In this document: one piece after another, positions 15,563 through 24,524 of the stretch
Layout: each line of letters opens with the position of its first letter
How positions within the stretch are numbered: position 1 is the stretch's first letter
DNA from: a virus
Lineage: Duplodnaviria > Caudoviricetes
DNA: 26,107 bases
IMG/VR virus record: IMGVR_UViG_3300011438_000036
Span: 1-26,107 of that record
Strand: one strand, 5' to 3'
The notes under the pieces: generated by a model
Told to the model about the DNA's origin: nothing
Databases searched by the model: none
The model's input: only the letters and a program-made list of their open reading frames with translations
Position numbers and translations under genes: made by a program

Positions 15563-16866
15563 GCATCAGTGGATCCCAGCAAGCCTACAAGCAGGCGCGC
15601 GCGGGCCTCGCCCGGAGCGGCACGACGCGCGCGGACTACTTCACCACGCGGCACTTCATCGGCCTCATCGGCGGGACCGATCGCTCGGCCAACATCGAGA
15701 AGGGCACGTTCGCGCTGCGCGACGTCCTCAACGACCAGCCCGATACGTGCGCGATGGAAGTCTACGGGTTCACACCGACGGCTGGGCAAGCGCTCATCAT
15801 GGCCACGGGCGCGAACGACAACCGGATCTTCGGCGGGACGATCGTCTCGGTCGAGTCGCTGCCGGTCACCGCGGCCGCGCTCGAGCGGTGGCGCATCAAC
15901 GCCACGGACTACACCTGGCTCTTCAACCGCCGGCGCGTGTCGGGCCGGTTCGCCGCGCAGGCGGCCGACGTGCTCGTGCGATCCCTCGTCGCGACCTACG
16001 CGTCGACGTTCGGCGTCCGGCACGTGCAGACCGGCGCGCCGACGATCGAGGTCAGCGCGTACAGCGGCGCGCTCTTCGCGGACGTGATGACCGACCTCTG
16101 CGCGCGTGCGTCGACGTCCGCGTTGAAGTGGAGCTGGTATCTCGACGCGTATCAGGACGTCCACTTCTTCTCGTCGGAGCCGGGCGCGACGGCGCCGGCC
16201 GACATCACGACGTCGAACCTCACCTACGAGCACCTCTACTGGCGGCCGACGATCGACCAGGTGCGCACACGGGTGTACGTGCAGGGCGGCGGCGGCAGGA
16301 CGACGGCCGCCGTGGCCACGGGCGCGACGACGATCCCCGTCGACGAATGCGGCTGGTATCAGGCCGCCGGCGGCCAGGTTCTCATCGATGCGCAGGTCAT
16401 CACCTATACGGGCCGATCGGCGAGCTCCGGGCCCGGCAATTTGACCGGCGTCTCGGGCGTGTCCTTCGACATCCTGGACGGCGTCGGCGTCGACCTCTGG
16501 ATCACGGTGAACGACACGGCCGCGCAGACGGCGCTCGCGGCGCTCGAGGGCGGCGACGGCATTCGGGAAGGCTACCTGCGCAACGGCTCGCTCGGCTACG
16601 CGTCCTGCGTCGAGCTCGGCGAGCAAGAGCTCGCGCTCCGCGCCACCCCCGACAACCTCGGGACGTATGTCTCGCGCGATCGCCGGACGCACAGCGGCAA
16701 GACGATCGAGGTCCACCTGCCGGCGCGCAGCATCACGCACCAGGCGATCACGCTGCAGTCGGTGACGCGGCGCTACGAAGCGCCCGGGCACTGGGTCTTC
16801 GAGGTCTCGTTCCAGCGCGTGCAGCGCGACTTCAATAAATTCTTGAACTCGGCGGTGTCGCCATGA
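15559..16866 (+). CDS. tail tip / baseplate hub (Tal-like) protein
   Basis: ATGA coupling to the tape measure gene; IFGGTI, WYLDAYQDVHFF and VRTRVYVQG are typical hub features. Confidence 0.75.
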   Translation: MSISGSQQAYKQARAGLARSGTTRADYFTTRHFIGLIGGTDRSANIEKGTFALRDVLNDQPDTCAMEVYGFTPTAGQALIMATGANDNRIFGGTIVSVESLPVTAAALERWRINATDYTWLFNRRRVSGRFAAQAADVLVRSLVATYASTFGVRHVQTGAPTIEVSAYSGALFADVMTDLCARASTSALKWSWYLDAYQDVHFFSSEPGATAPADITTSNLTYEHLYWRPTIDQVRTRVYVQGGGGRTTAAVATGATTIPVDECGWYQAAGGQVLIDAQVITYTGRSASSGPGNLTGVSGVSFDILDGVGVDLWITVNDTAAQTALAALEGGDGIREGYLRNGSLGYASCVELGEQELALRATPDNLGTYVSRDRRTHSGKTIEVHLPARSITHQAITLQSVTRRYEAPGHWVFEVSFQRVQRDFNKFLNSAVSP

Positions 16867-17648
16867 GCTCGGCCATCACGCGCAGCACGATGACCGACGA
16901 CTCGGGCGGCGGCGTCGACGGGACGATCCTCAACAACGCCTGGCTGCAGGACATCTACGACCGCGTCGACGCGATGTTCGCGGGCGCGGGCGCCTACGCG
17001 ACGTTCACGTTTGGCGGCGGCGTCGCGATCGCCGCCGGCATCCTCACGGTGTCGAACAACTCCGCGTCGCTGGTGCGGTCGCAGTTCCTCAACCCCAACA
17101 CGGGCACCATTCAGACCGACCTTCAGATCGGCCGTGGGACCAACGCGAACGACGTGTACCTCGGGGTCAATTACAGCGGCGTCGCGAATGCCTTCATCGA
17201 TAACCGGTCGGGCGGCGCGCTGCAATTTAGGGCCAATGGCACAACGACGGTCAGCCTCGCGAGCGGTGGCGGTATAACGGTCGATGTTGGCCACATCCAG
17301 ATCGCGTCATCGTCGCAGGTGCTCAACTGGGCGAGTTCGACGAACCTATGGGCGCCGGCGGACGGCCACGTCGAGATGACCAACTTCGCCGTGACCGCGG
17401 GCGTCCGCTTCCGCTTCACGACGGACGCGCGCTTCGAAGTGCGTAACCGCGCCAACTCGGACTTTGCGGACATCTACGGGAAGGGCGCCGTCTTCAGTGG
17501 CACCCTGACTGCGAATCAAGGCCTCTTCGCGGCCGGGATCGACGTGACGGGCGGCTTCGTGTCGAACGGCAACAATGGCGAGACGTTCGGCCCCGTCGCG
17601 ATCGCGACCCTGCAGTGCGAGGGCGGCATCGTCATCGGGCACACCTAA
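16863..17648 (+). CDS. tail fibre / receptor-binding protein
   Basis: ATGA coupling; N-terminal anchor-like TDDSGGGVDGTILNNAWLQDIYD; Gly/Asn/Thr-rich beta body with a more A/T-rich middle. Confidence 0.7.
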   Translation: MSSAITRSTMTDDSGGGVDGTILNNAWLQDIYDRVDAMFAGAGAYATFTFGGGVAIAAGILTVSNNSASLVRSQFLNPNTGTIQTDLQIGRGTNANDVYLGVNYSGVANAFIDNRSGGALQFRANGTTTVSLASGGGITVDVGHIQIASSSQVLNWASSTNLWAPADGHVEMTNFAVTAGVRFRFTTDARFEVRNRANSDFADIYGKGAVFSGTLTANQGLFAAGIDVTGGFVSNGNNGETFGPVAIATLQCEGGIVIGHT

Positions 17649-17662
17649 TCGGAGACCACCAC

Positions 17663-17938
17663 ATGCCCCCGACTGTCATCACGATCGCCCTGACCGACGC
17701 CGAGATCCTCATGGCGGAGCGCGAGCGCCTCGCCGCGCCGGTCACCCTGCCGAATCTCGCGGCCTGGGTGCAGGCCGTCTTGTCGGCCGAGATCGCGCGT
17801 CTGGGCGCGCAGCAGCAGGAGGCCGACGCGGCGCTCCTCGGCGCGAAGCTCGCGAAGGCCAGCCCCGAGGTGCGCGCGGCCGTCCTCACCGAACTCGCGA
17901 AGGTCCCGCTTGCGGGAACGCGTGAGGCCAACACCTAG
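17663..17938 (+). CDS. hypothetical helical protein (possible fibre chaperone)
   Basis: GGAG SD before ATG 17663; follows the fibre gene. Confidence 0.6.
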   Translation: MPPTVITIALTDAEILMAERERLAAPVTLPNLAAWVQAVLSAEIARLGAQQQEADAALLGAKLAKASPEVRAAVLTELAKVPLAGTREANT

Positions 17939-17947
17939 AGGAGCCCT

Positions 17948-18358
17948 ATGTCTGAGCACACCCGCACCTTGAGTTTCACCACCGCGGCGCAGCGGAAGTT
18001 CTTCCCGCGGATTCATGAGGGCCTCGTCAACGGGTCGAACGTGGTCCGTAACCTCGATCTCAAGGAGAAGAACCCGAAGGCCAGCGAGGACCTCTGGGCG
18101 CGCCGCGGCCCGAGCCCGCGCATCATCCGGAAGATCAAAGCGATCGGCGTGCCGGGGAAAGAGTTCCTCGACGACGACAAGACCCTGCCGATCTACGTGC
18201 TCGAGACGCTCGGGGCGACGCTGGTGCTCACGGAGGAGGAGTTCAAGTACGCCTGCCGCTGTCTCCGATCCGCGCAGTGGAACGCCGCCGTCGAGGACGA
18301 GATCGACGACGTGATCGTCTTCTTCGAGCGGGCCGTGCCCGACCAGGTGCCGGCGTGA
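17948..18358 (+). CDS. hypothetical protein
   Basis: GAGGAG SD; GTGA overlap with the endolysin gene. Confidence 0.7.
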   Translation: MSEHTRTLSFTTAAQRKFFPRIHEGLVNGSNVVRNLDLKEKNPKASEDLWARRGPSPRIIRKIKAIGVPGKEFLDDDKTLPIYVLETLGATLVLTEEEFKYACRCLRSAQWNAAVEDEIDDVIVFFERAVPDQVPA

Positions 18359-18843
18359 CGGTCCTCGAGGCGATCGCGGATCGGATCATCGTGCGCGAGG
18401 GCGGCATCGCCGATGTGGGCGACGGCGCCGGCCTGACATCGTTCGGCCAGACGTCGGCCTGGCTCGCGCAGTATGGGCTGACGGCGCCGACGTCGGCCGC
18501 CGAAGCGCGCGCGAACTACCTGCAGGTGTGGGCCTTGACGAAGCTGTCGGGCATCGCGGCCGCGGATGACCTGCTGGCTGACGTCGTGCTCGACTTTGCC
18601 GTCAACGCCGGCGAGCGCGTGTCGATCCGGACGCTGCAGATCGTGTTGAGCCTGACGGCCGACGGCGCGTGGGGCCCGCAGACGCAGGCCGCCGTCGACG
18701 CGGCCGATCGGCGCCGCCTGGCGGCGAAGGTGCTCGCCGAGCAGGTCGCGCACTATGGCGCCGTCATCACGAAGAACCCGGCGCGGGCGAAGTTCGCCCA
18801 CGGCTGGATGAATCGCAAAGCGGAACAGATCGCGAGGCTGTAG
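18355..18843 (+). CDS. endolysin, glycoside hydrolase family 108 with PG-binding C-terminus
   Basis: IIVREGG catalytic motif, TSFGQT, DFAVNAG, ADGAWGPQT, FAHGWMNR. Start GTG 18355 is coupled to the upstream stop. Confidence 0.9.
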   Translation: MTVLEAIADRIIVREGGIADVGDGAGLTSFGQTSAWLAQYGLTAPTSAAEARANYLQVWALTKLSGIAAADDLLADVVLDFAVNAGERVSIRTLQIVLSLTADGAWGPQTQAAVDAADRRRLAAKVLAEQVAHYGAVITKNPARAKFAHGWMNRKAEQIARL

Positions 18844-18846
18844 ACG

Positions 18847-19122
18847 ATGCCTCCCTGGCTGCAGGAACTCCTGGTCGTCGCGCTGCCCATTGTGGTGAGT
18901 ACCTACGCCACCATCGCGGTGCTCGGGTCGAAGATTGACGCGCAAGGAAAGATGATCGAGCAGCTCGACGAGAAGAAGCTCGACACGTCCGTGCACGCGG
19001 TCGAGATCAAGCGGATCGACGGGCGCGTCGATGGCGCCTACGAAGAGGTCCGCCGCGAGCGCGTTCGCCTGAACAACATGCTGCTGGCCGACCGCCGACA
19101 CAACGACGAAGGACATCCCTGA
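18847..19122 (+). CDS. single-TM coiled-coil membrane protein (holin or lysis accessory)
   Basis: N-terminal hydrophobic LLVVALPIVVSTYATIAVLG followed by a charged coiled coil; lies in the lysis cassette. Confidence 0.6.
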   Translation: MPPWLQELLVVALPIVVSTYATIAVLGSKIDAQGKMIEQLDEKKLDTSVHAVEIKRIDGRVDGAYEEVRRERVRLNNMLLADRRHNDEGHP

Positions 19123-19682
19123 TGCTGGGCGCACTAAAGAAAGTGATTCCGTTCATCGCCGCGGCCCTCCCGGGCGGCGGGATCGTGCAGCAGATGGCGC
19201 TCGCCGCCGTCGGTCAGGCGCTCGGCGTGCCCGCACCGAAGGACGCCGGCGAGGCGACCGAGGCCCTGCGGAACGCCACGCCGGAGCAGTTCGCGGCACT
19301 GCAGGCCGAGGAGCACCACTTCACGCTGAGGATGGCGGCGCTGAACATCAAGAGCGTCGAGGAACTCGCGCGCATCGCGGCCGGCGATCGGGACAGCGCG
19401 CGGCAGCGTGAGATTCAGATCCGCGACAGCACGCCGCGCGTCCTCGCCTATCTCTACGCGGCCGGGTTCTTCGTGACGCTGGCCGCGCACATTACCTTCA
19501 TGACGTACATCGTCGTCGAGCACGTCCAGCTCGATACGGCCGTGCTGGCGTTGATTCTGACGCCCGTCTCGACGCTCGAGGGCGTGCTGATTGGCATGGT
19601 GCTGGGGAGCAAGGAGTACTACTTCGGCAGTTCCGCCGGCAGCAAGGGCAAGGACGACACGATCGCGAAGCTGTCGGCGTAG
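19122..19682 (+). CDS. holin-like membrane protein
   Basis: DRDSARQRE motif, two C-terminal TM segments and terminal YYFGSSAGSKGKD, typical of holin-like proteins next to GH108 lysins. Confidence 0.8.
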   Translation: MLGALKKVIPFIAAALPGGGIVQQMALAAVGQALGVPAPKDAGEATEALRNATPEQFAALQAEEHHFTLRMAALNIKSVEELARIAAGDRDSARQREIQIRDSTPRVLAYLYAAGFFVTLAAHITFMTYIVVEHVQLDTAVLALILTPVSTLEGVLIGMVLGSKEYYFGSSAGSKGKDDTIAKLSA

Positions 19683-19749
19683 AATAGGTCCCGTCGTTTC
19701 CCGCGGCCGAGGTGCGAGACACCCAGTTCCGTAGAACTGGAGTCTGCTC

Positions 19750-21363
19750 GTGATTGGCCGCACCGAGATCACGCCGCTTCCGCCGACCGCGTACAACACC
19801 CTCCCGAACCCGGCCGCCGGCGCGAGCTACGTGGATCCAGTCTTCGGCACGACGATCCGGCGGCTCACGGGCGACCGCAAGCCGGACGACATCTACGCGA
19901 GCAACATGCACTGGTCGGCCGACGGCAGCCGGTACGCGCATCTGGGATCGATCATCGACGTCGCGACCGGCAAGGTCACGCACAGCGTCCCGCTCGGCAG
20001 CAGCTCGCCGGACGCCGGCTTCGATCCCGTCGATCGAGACGTCTACTACTACCTCAGCGGCGCGACCATCAAGAAGGTCGTCCTCGGCGCGAGCGGCGCG
20101 AAGGTCGAGTCGACGTTCTACACGGCCAGCGGCGCGCTCGCCGGCTTCGGCGGCTCGGTCAACTGGTGGAGCGCGGACGGCCGCGTCTTCCTCGTCAACG
20201 TCGGCGGCACGGTGCGCGTCATCGAGAAAGCGACGCTGCAGCCCTACGCCGGCAGCATCACGGGCCTCGGCGGCGGCGGCTGGCTCGGTCTGGCGCCCTC
20301 GGGTAATCACGCGGTCGGCTACTGGGGCAACACCGGACGCGCCTGGACGATCGACCACGTCGCGAAGACGGTCGGTCCGCAGGTCCAGTTCTGGATCGGC
20401 CTCTGCGGCGATCACGCGGTCCCGATCTCCGGGTCGGACGGTAAGGACTACTGCGTCGTCATCAACTGCAACAACACCGACGGGATCTTCCGCGTGGCGG
20501 TCGACAACAACGCCGTCGGGAAGACCGAAGCGCAGCAGATGGCGCTGCCCGGCAACGTCCGGCTGATTCCCTCCGAGCCGCAATGGCAGAACGAGAAGCA
20601 CTTCTCGTCGGTGGCGCGGGGGCCGTTACAGGACTGGGCCTTCGTCTCGATGGAGTTCAAGGCCGGCGACACGTTCAACGCCACGCCGTCCGGCTGGCCC
20701 CCGTATCGACAAGAGATCGTCGGCGTCAACATTCTCACGGGCGAAGTCCGGCGCCTCGCGCACCATCGCTCGCGCTCGCTCAATGACGACTACGGCTATC
20801 AGCCGCGCGTCTCGTGCAGCTGGGGCGGCGAGGTCGTCGGCTGGGCCTCGAACTTCAATCAGGCCGGCGGCTCGGACATCTACGCAGCGATCGTCAGCGT
20901 GACGCCCACCCTGCCGCCTCCGCCGCCGTCGCCGGTCAACTGCGTCTGGAGTTCGTGGTCAGCCTGGGCGCCGGTCCCGGGCGATGTGATGCGCGAGCAG
21001 CGCACGCGCGTCGTGGCGACGCCGGCGTCGAACGGCGGCGTGCCCTGCGCGGGCGAGGCGATCGAGTTCCGCCCCGTGGCGGCGACGCCGATCGACTGCG
21101 TGCTCTCGCCGTGGACCCCGTGGAGCGCCTGGACGCCGGTCAGCGCGACGCAAGAGCAGCGCACGCGCACGCGGACGATCGTCACGGTCCCGGCCAATGG
21201 CGGCGCCGCCTGCGGGCCGCTGACGGAGACGGAGGCACGGCCGATCGTGGTCCTGCCGCCGCCGGCGCCAACGGTCCTGGCGCTTGGCACCTACATGGTC
21301 GCGGCGGGTGCCGAGGTCGCGCTCAAGGACGTCGCCGGCGTGCTGACCGTGATCGTGCGGTAA
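19750..21363 (+). CDS. beta-propeller-like protein with Pro linker and two thrombospondin type-1 (spondin-like) repeats
   Basis: TolB-like blade motifs (WSADGSRY, WSADGRVF, SWGGEVVGWASN), YVDPVFGTTIRRLT, RRLAHHRSR; PPPPPSP linker; two C-x-x-S-x-W-x-x-W...R-T-R...NGG-x-x-C units. Confidence 0.75.
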   Translation: MIGRTEITPLPPTAYNTLPNPAAGASYVDPVFGTTIRRLTGDRKPDDIYASNMHWSADGSRYAHLGSIIDVATGKVTHSVPLGSSSPDAGFDPVDRDVYYYLSGATIKKVVLGASGAKVESTFYTASGALAGFGGSVNWWSADGRVFLVNVGGTVRVIEKATLQPYAGSITGLGGGGWLGLAPSGNHAVGYWGNTGRAWTIDHVAKTVGPQVQFWIGLCGDHAVPISGSDGKDYCVVINCNNTDGIFRVAVDNNAVGKTEAQQMALPGNVRLIPSEPQWQNEKHFSSVARGPLQDWAFVSMEFKAGDTFNATPSGWPPYRQEIVGVNILTGEVRRLAHHRSRSLNDDYGYQPRVSCSWGGEVVGWASNFNQAGGSDIYAAIVSVTPTLPPPPPSPVNCVWSSWSAWAPVPGDVMREQRTRVVATPASNGGVPCAGEAIEFRPVAATPIDCVLSPWTPWSAWTPVSATQEQRTRTRTIVTVPANGGAACGPLTETEARPIVVLPPPAPTVLALGTYMVAAGAEVALKDVAGVLTVIVR

Positions 21364-21366
21364 CTC

Positions 21367-22020
21367 ATGTTCGGGATCCGGGCGTACACGAAGGGCCACG
21401 GCCTGGCGACGATCATCTTCGGGACGGCCCCGCTCGCGGGGTCGATCCTCGGAGCGATCATCACGACGGGGTCGGCGTCCTTCACCGTGTCGGGGGGACA
21501 AGAGGGCGGCGGGAACTGGCAGCAGCCGAACGCCGCGAACGGCGGCGACAACGGCGAGAACGTCTCGGCCTTCTACTGCATCGCCGCGGGTGGTGCGACC
21601 ACGTTGACCTGCAGCGTGACGATCGTCGAGGGCATCGTCTTCGAGATCGGCACGACGGGCCTCACGTTCGTCGCGAGCATCATCAACGACCAACCCGGCG
21701 CCGTCGCCCTCAACACCGGCGTCCTCAAGACCCCGCCCACCTTCGGGACCGGGTGCGCCTTCGCGCTCAATGTCTATTCCGGCGCGACGGTCCCGGCCTA
21801 CAACGCGAGCGCGTTCGTGAAGGTCGACCAGGACAGCAATAACGAGGTCGCCGAGTTCTTCTTCGCGGGCGACGTGCGCGGCCCGAACCAGGCGCTGCAG
21901 ATGACGACGTCGAACGCGCCGACCGGGCAGAGCTCCCGGATCCTGCTCTTCCAGGCGACGGACCTCACGACCGATCCCCGGCATCGCGGGCTCGCCCCGC
22001 AGCAGCGGCGGGTGGCGTAA
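21367..22020 (+). CDS. putative virion accessory protein (beta-rich)
   Basis: Tightly packed in the operon; Gly/Thr/Ala-rich with a short basic C-terminal tail. Confidence 0.6.
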   Translation: MFGIRAYTKGHGLATIIFGTAPLAGSILGAIITTGSASFTVSGGQEGGGNWQQPNAANGGDNGENVSAFYCIAAGGATTLTCSVTIVEGIVFEIGTTGLTFVASIINDQPGAVALNTGVLKTPPTFGTGCAFALNVYSGATVPAYNASAFVKVDQDSNNEVAEFFFAGDVRGPNQALQMTTSNAPTGQSSRILLFQATDLTTDPRHRGLAPQQRRVA

Positions 22021-22811
22021 ATGCTGAATACCGTCCTCACGACGACGAAGATCCAGCTCGTCACCTCGAGCACGGCCGACATCGACGTGCACGTCTCGGG
22101 CGTCGAGAACACGAACCCGGTCACGGGCGACCCGGAACAGATCAGCCAGGCCACGCAGATCACCACCGCGACGACGACGGACATCCTCGCCGTCCCCGGC
22201 GCGAGCGAGGCGCGCAATGCGAAGCTCATCAACGCCCGCAACAAGCACGCATCGAGCTCGAACGTCGTCACGCTCCAGGAGAATCGGAACGGGACGCTGA
22301 TCACGCTCGGGGCCTGCACGCTGCTCGCCGGCGAGTGGTTCACGTTCAATGAGGGCGTCTTTTTTCACTACGACGCGAACGGCGGCGTCTACGGTCAGGG
22401 CGTGCCCGCGGCGACGCAGGCCGACATGGAAGCCGGCACGTCGACGACGACGTTCGTCACGCCCGGCACGCAGCACTTTCATCCGGGTCATCCGAAGTGC
22501 TGGGGCAAGGCGACGGTGTCCGGCGGCACGCCGACGCTGCAGACGTCCTATAACGTCACCTCCATCACGGACACGGCGACGGTCAATTGACGGTCACGAT
22601 CGCAACCGACTTCTCGGGCGCGCACTACGCGATGAACGTCTCCCTCGAAGCGGCGACGACGACGCTCTCGGCGACGACGACGTCGCTCGCCTGCTTTATC
22701 CGGAACGCGACGCTCGCGGCGGGCTCCTTCATCATCCAGGCCTGCGAGTTCGACATCGGCGGCGCGACGGATCCGTCGTCGTGGCACTGGATGGGCTGTG
22801 GAGATCTGTGA
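22021..22811 (+). pseudogene. tail-fibre-like gene split into two ORFs (22021..22590 and 22587..22811) by a one-base frame change
   Basis: Contains the fibre repeat ATQADMEAGTSTTTFVTP and HPGHPKCW...SYNVTSITD. One extra G at 22581 gives the continuous motif SITDTATGQLTVTIATDF (263 aa). Confidence 0.65.
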
Positions 22812-23362
22812 TGCAACGGCCGCCGGAGGTTGCGTACATCGCGCTTCAGTTCGCCGACGACACGGTCGGCATCATGCAATTCGTCCGGGTCGAATACGCG
22901 CCCGACGGCACGATCCGTCGGCAGGCCGTCGCCGACGCGCCAGCCATCGAGCGCGAGATCGCGCGCGCGTCGTTTGATGCGTCGAAGCGCCCGATCCAAG
23001 GCTGGCAGCCGATCGCGCCGGAGACGATTCCCGCGTCGCGCGAGTATCGCGACGCCTGGATCTGGCTCGGCGGCGCGATCCGGCACGACCTCCCGAAGGC
23101 GGGCGCGATCGCGCTGGCCCGCGTGCGCGCGGCCCGGACGCAGGCCTTCGCCGATCTCGATGCGCAGTGGATGCGCGCGACCGGCCGCCAGGACACGACC
23201 ACGGCGGACGTGGTCGAGGCGCAGCGCCAGGTCCTCCGCGATCAGCCGCAGCAACTCGCGGCCGCGCTCGCGGCCGTCACCACCATCGACGAACTCACGG
23301 CCGCGGTCGCGGCCAACCGCGCGTCTCCGGGTCCGGCAATGTCGTCAAGGAGTAGATCATGA
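22811..23362 (+). CDS. tail fibre assembly chaperone-like protein
   Basis: TGATG coupling; IPASREYRDAW, VRAAR...LDAQWMRA, RQVLRDQP and TTIDEL match proteins that follow fibre genes. It is the 3' part of listed ORF 22349..23362. Confidence 0.7.
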   Translation: MQRPPEVAYIALQFADDTVGIMQFVRVEYAPDGTIRRQAVADAPAIEREIARASFDASKRPIQGWQPIAPETIPASREYRDAWIWLGGAIRHDLPKAGAIALARVRAARTQAFADLDAQWMRATGRQDTTTADVVEAQRQVLRDQPQQLAAALAAVTTIDELTAAVAANRASPGPAMSSRSRS

Positions 23363-23769
23363 GTGCATCCACGAAAGTCGCGGCGACGCGCCGTCGACGC
23401 GGCCCTCGAGGCGATCGCGCCGACGGCCGGCCCGCACCGCCCGAATCCCGCATCGATCGCTTCCAGCGGCTGCTGAAGGTCTGGCTGCCGGAACGGGCGG
23501 CGCACATCGACCGCGGCGAGTGGGGTCCCACCGGCTGCCCGTATCAGTTCCTGACGCTGCGGAACGGCCAGCAGCGCCTCGTGCTCGAGCGACACGACAT
23601 CCGACCGGTGATGGAGCAGCTCGTCGAGATGGACGACGACAGCGACGAGATGCAGGTGCTCGAGCGCATCACGGTCACCGGCACGACGCGCGACGAATTG
23701 CTGGACCGCCTCGCAGAGCGGCTGAAGGCTCACGCCCCGGCCGCGCCGGGAGAAGGACAGCAGTCATGA
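23359..23769 (+). CDS. hypothetical protein
   Basis: AAGGAG SD; ATGA overlaps at both ends. Confidence 0.65.
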   Translation: MSASTKVAATRRRRGPRGDRADGRPAPPESRIDRFQRLLKVWLPERAAHIDRGEWGPTGCPYQFLTLRNGQQRLVLERHDIRPVMEQLVEMDDDSDEMQVLERITVTGTTRDELLDRLAERLKAHAPAAPGEGQQS

Positions 23770-24512
23770 ATCAGTTCGGAGCACTCGGGCCCACGGGCGG
23801 CGTCACACTCACCACCCGCCGGAACCTCGGCGACCTCCGCGTCCTGCCGCCGCCGTCGGGCTGGCAGTGGCGGAACTGGCTGCAGTATCGCCGGCGCGAT
23901 CTGCCGAAGCTCGCGGCCGCGCGGTTTTTCGGACGTCTGCCGGGCGTCATGACGAGCGAGGCGAAGCTTTGCGGCGCCGTCTACCGCGCGAACTTCGCGA
24001 TCCTCGCGCCGTGGCAGGCGCTGAAGCTCCGCGAGCTGCTGGCGCACAACGTCAATGTCCTCGAGTTGCCACGGCACTTCGGCGGCCAGGTCACGAACTA
24101 CGGCGTCCTCTCGACGCGCGTCGTGACGACCGCCGGCGTGAACTTCATCGTCGACGCCTTCCAGAACCTGGTCGAAGTCGAGAACATGAAGTTCCACGGC
24201 TTCGGCACGGGCACGAACGCCGAGGCCGCCGGCGACACGGCGCTGCAGACCGAGCTCACGACGCAGTACGCCGTCGACAGCACGCGGCCGACGGGCACGA
24301 CGACCGAGGGCGCCAGCGCGAACATCTACCGCACGGTGGCGACGCTGTCGCCGGACTCCGGCGGCACGATCGCGATCACGGAACACGGCGTCTTCTCGGC
24401 GGCCTCGAGCACGACGCTGCTCGACCGCAGCGTCTTCTCGGCCGTGAACCTCGTCGCCGGCGCCGACTCCCTGCAGGCCACGTACGACCTCACGTTCTCG
24501 TCCGGCGGATAA
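23766..24512 (+). CDS. tail-collar/fibre-anchor-like protein (DUF3751-like)
   Basis: VVTTAGVNFI, GFGTGT..AAGDTALQTE, AITEHGVF and LLDRSVF resemble fibre-attachment domains. ATG 23766 is coupled to the upstream stop. Confidence 0.65.
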   Translation: MNQFGALGPTGGVTLTTRRNLGDLRVLPPPSGWQWRNWLQYRRRDLPKLAAARFFGRLPGVMTSEAKLCGAVYRANFAILAPWQALKLRELLAHNVNVLELPRHFGGQVTNYGVLSTRVVTTAGVNFIVDAFQNLVEVENMKFHGFGTGTNAEAAGDTALQTELTTQYAVDSTRPTGTTTEGASANIYRTVATLSPDSGGTIAITEHGVFSAASSTTLLDRSVFSAVNLVAGADSLQATYDLTFSSGG

Positions 24513-24524
24513 GCAGACGCGACG

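Noticed and set aside
22349-24512. Long listed ORFs 22349..23362 and 22830..24512 taken at full length
   Set aside because: Their 5' parts overlap other real genes in different frames; coupled starts at 22811 and 23766 give coherent proteins.
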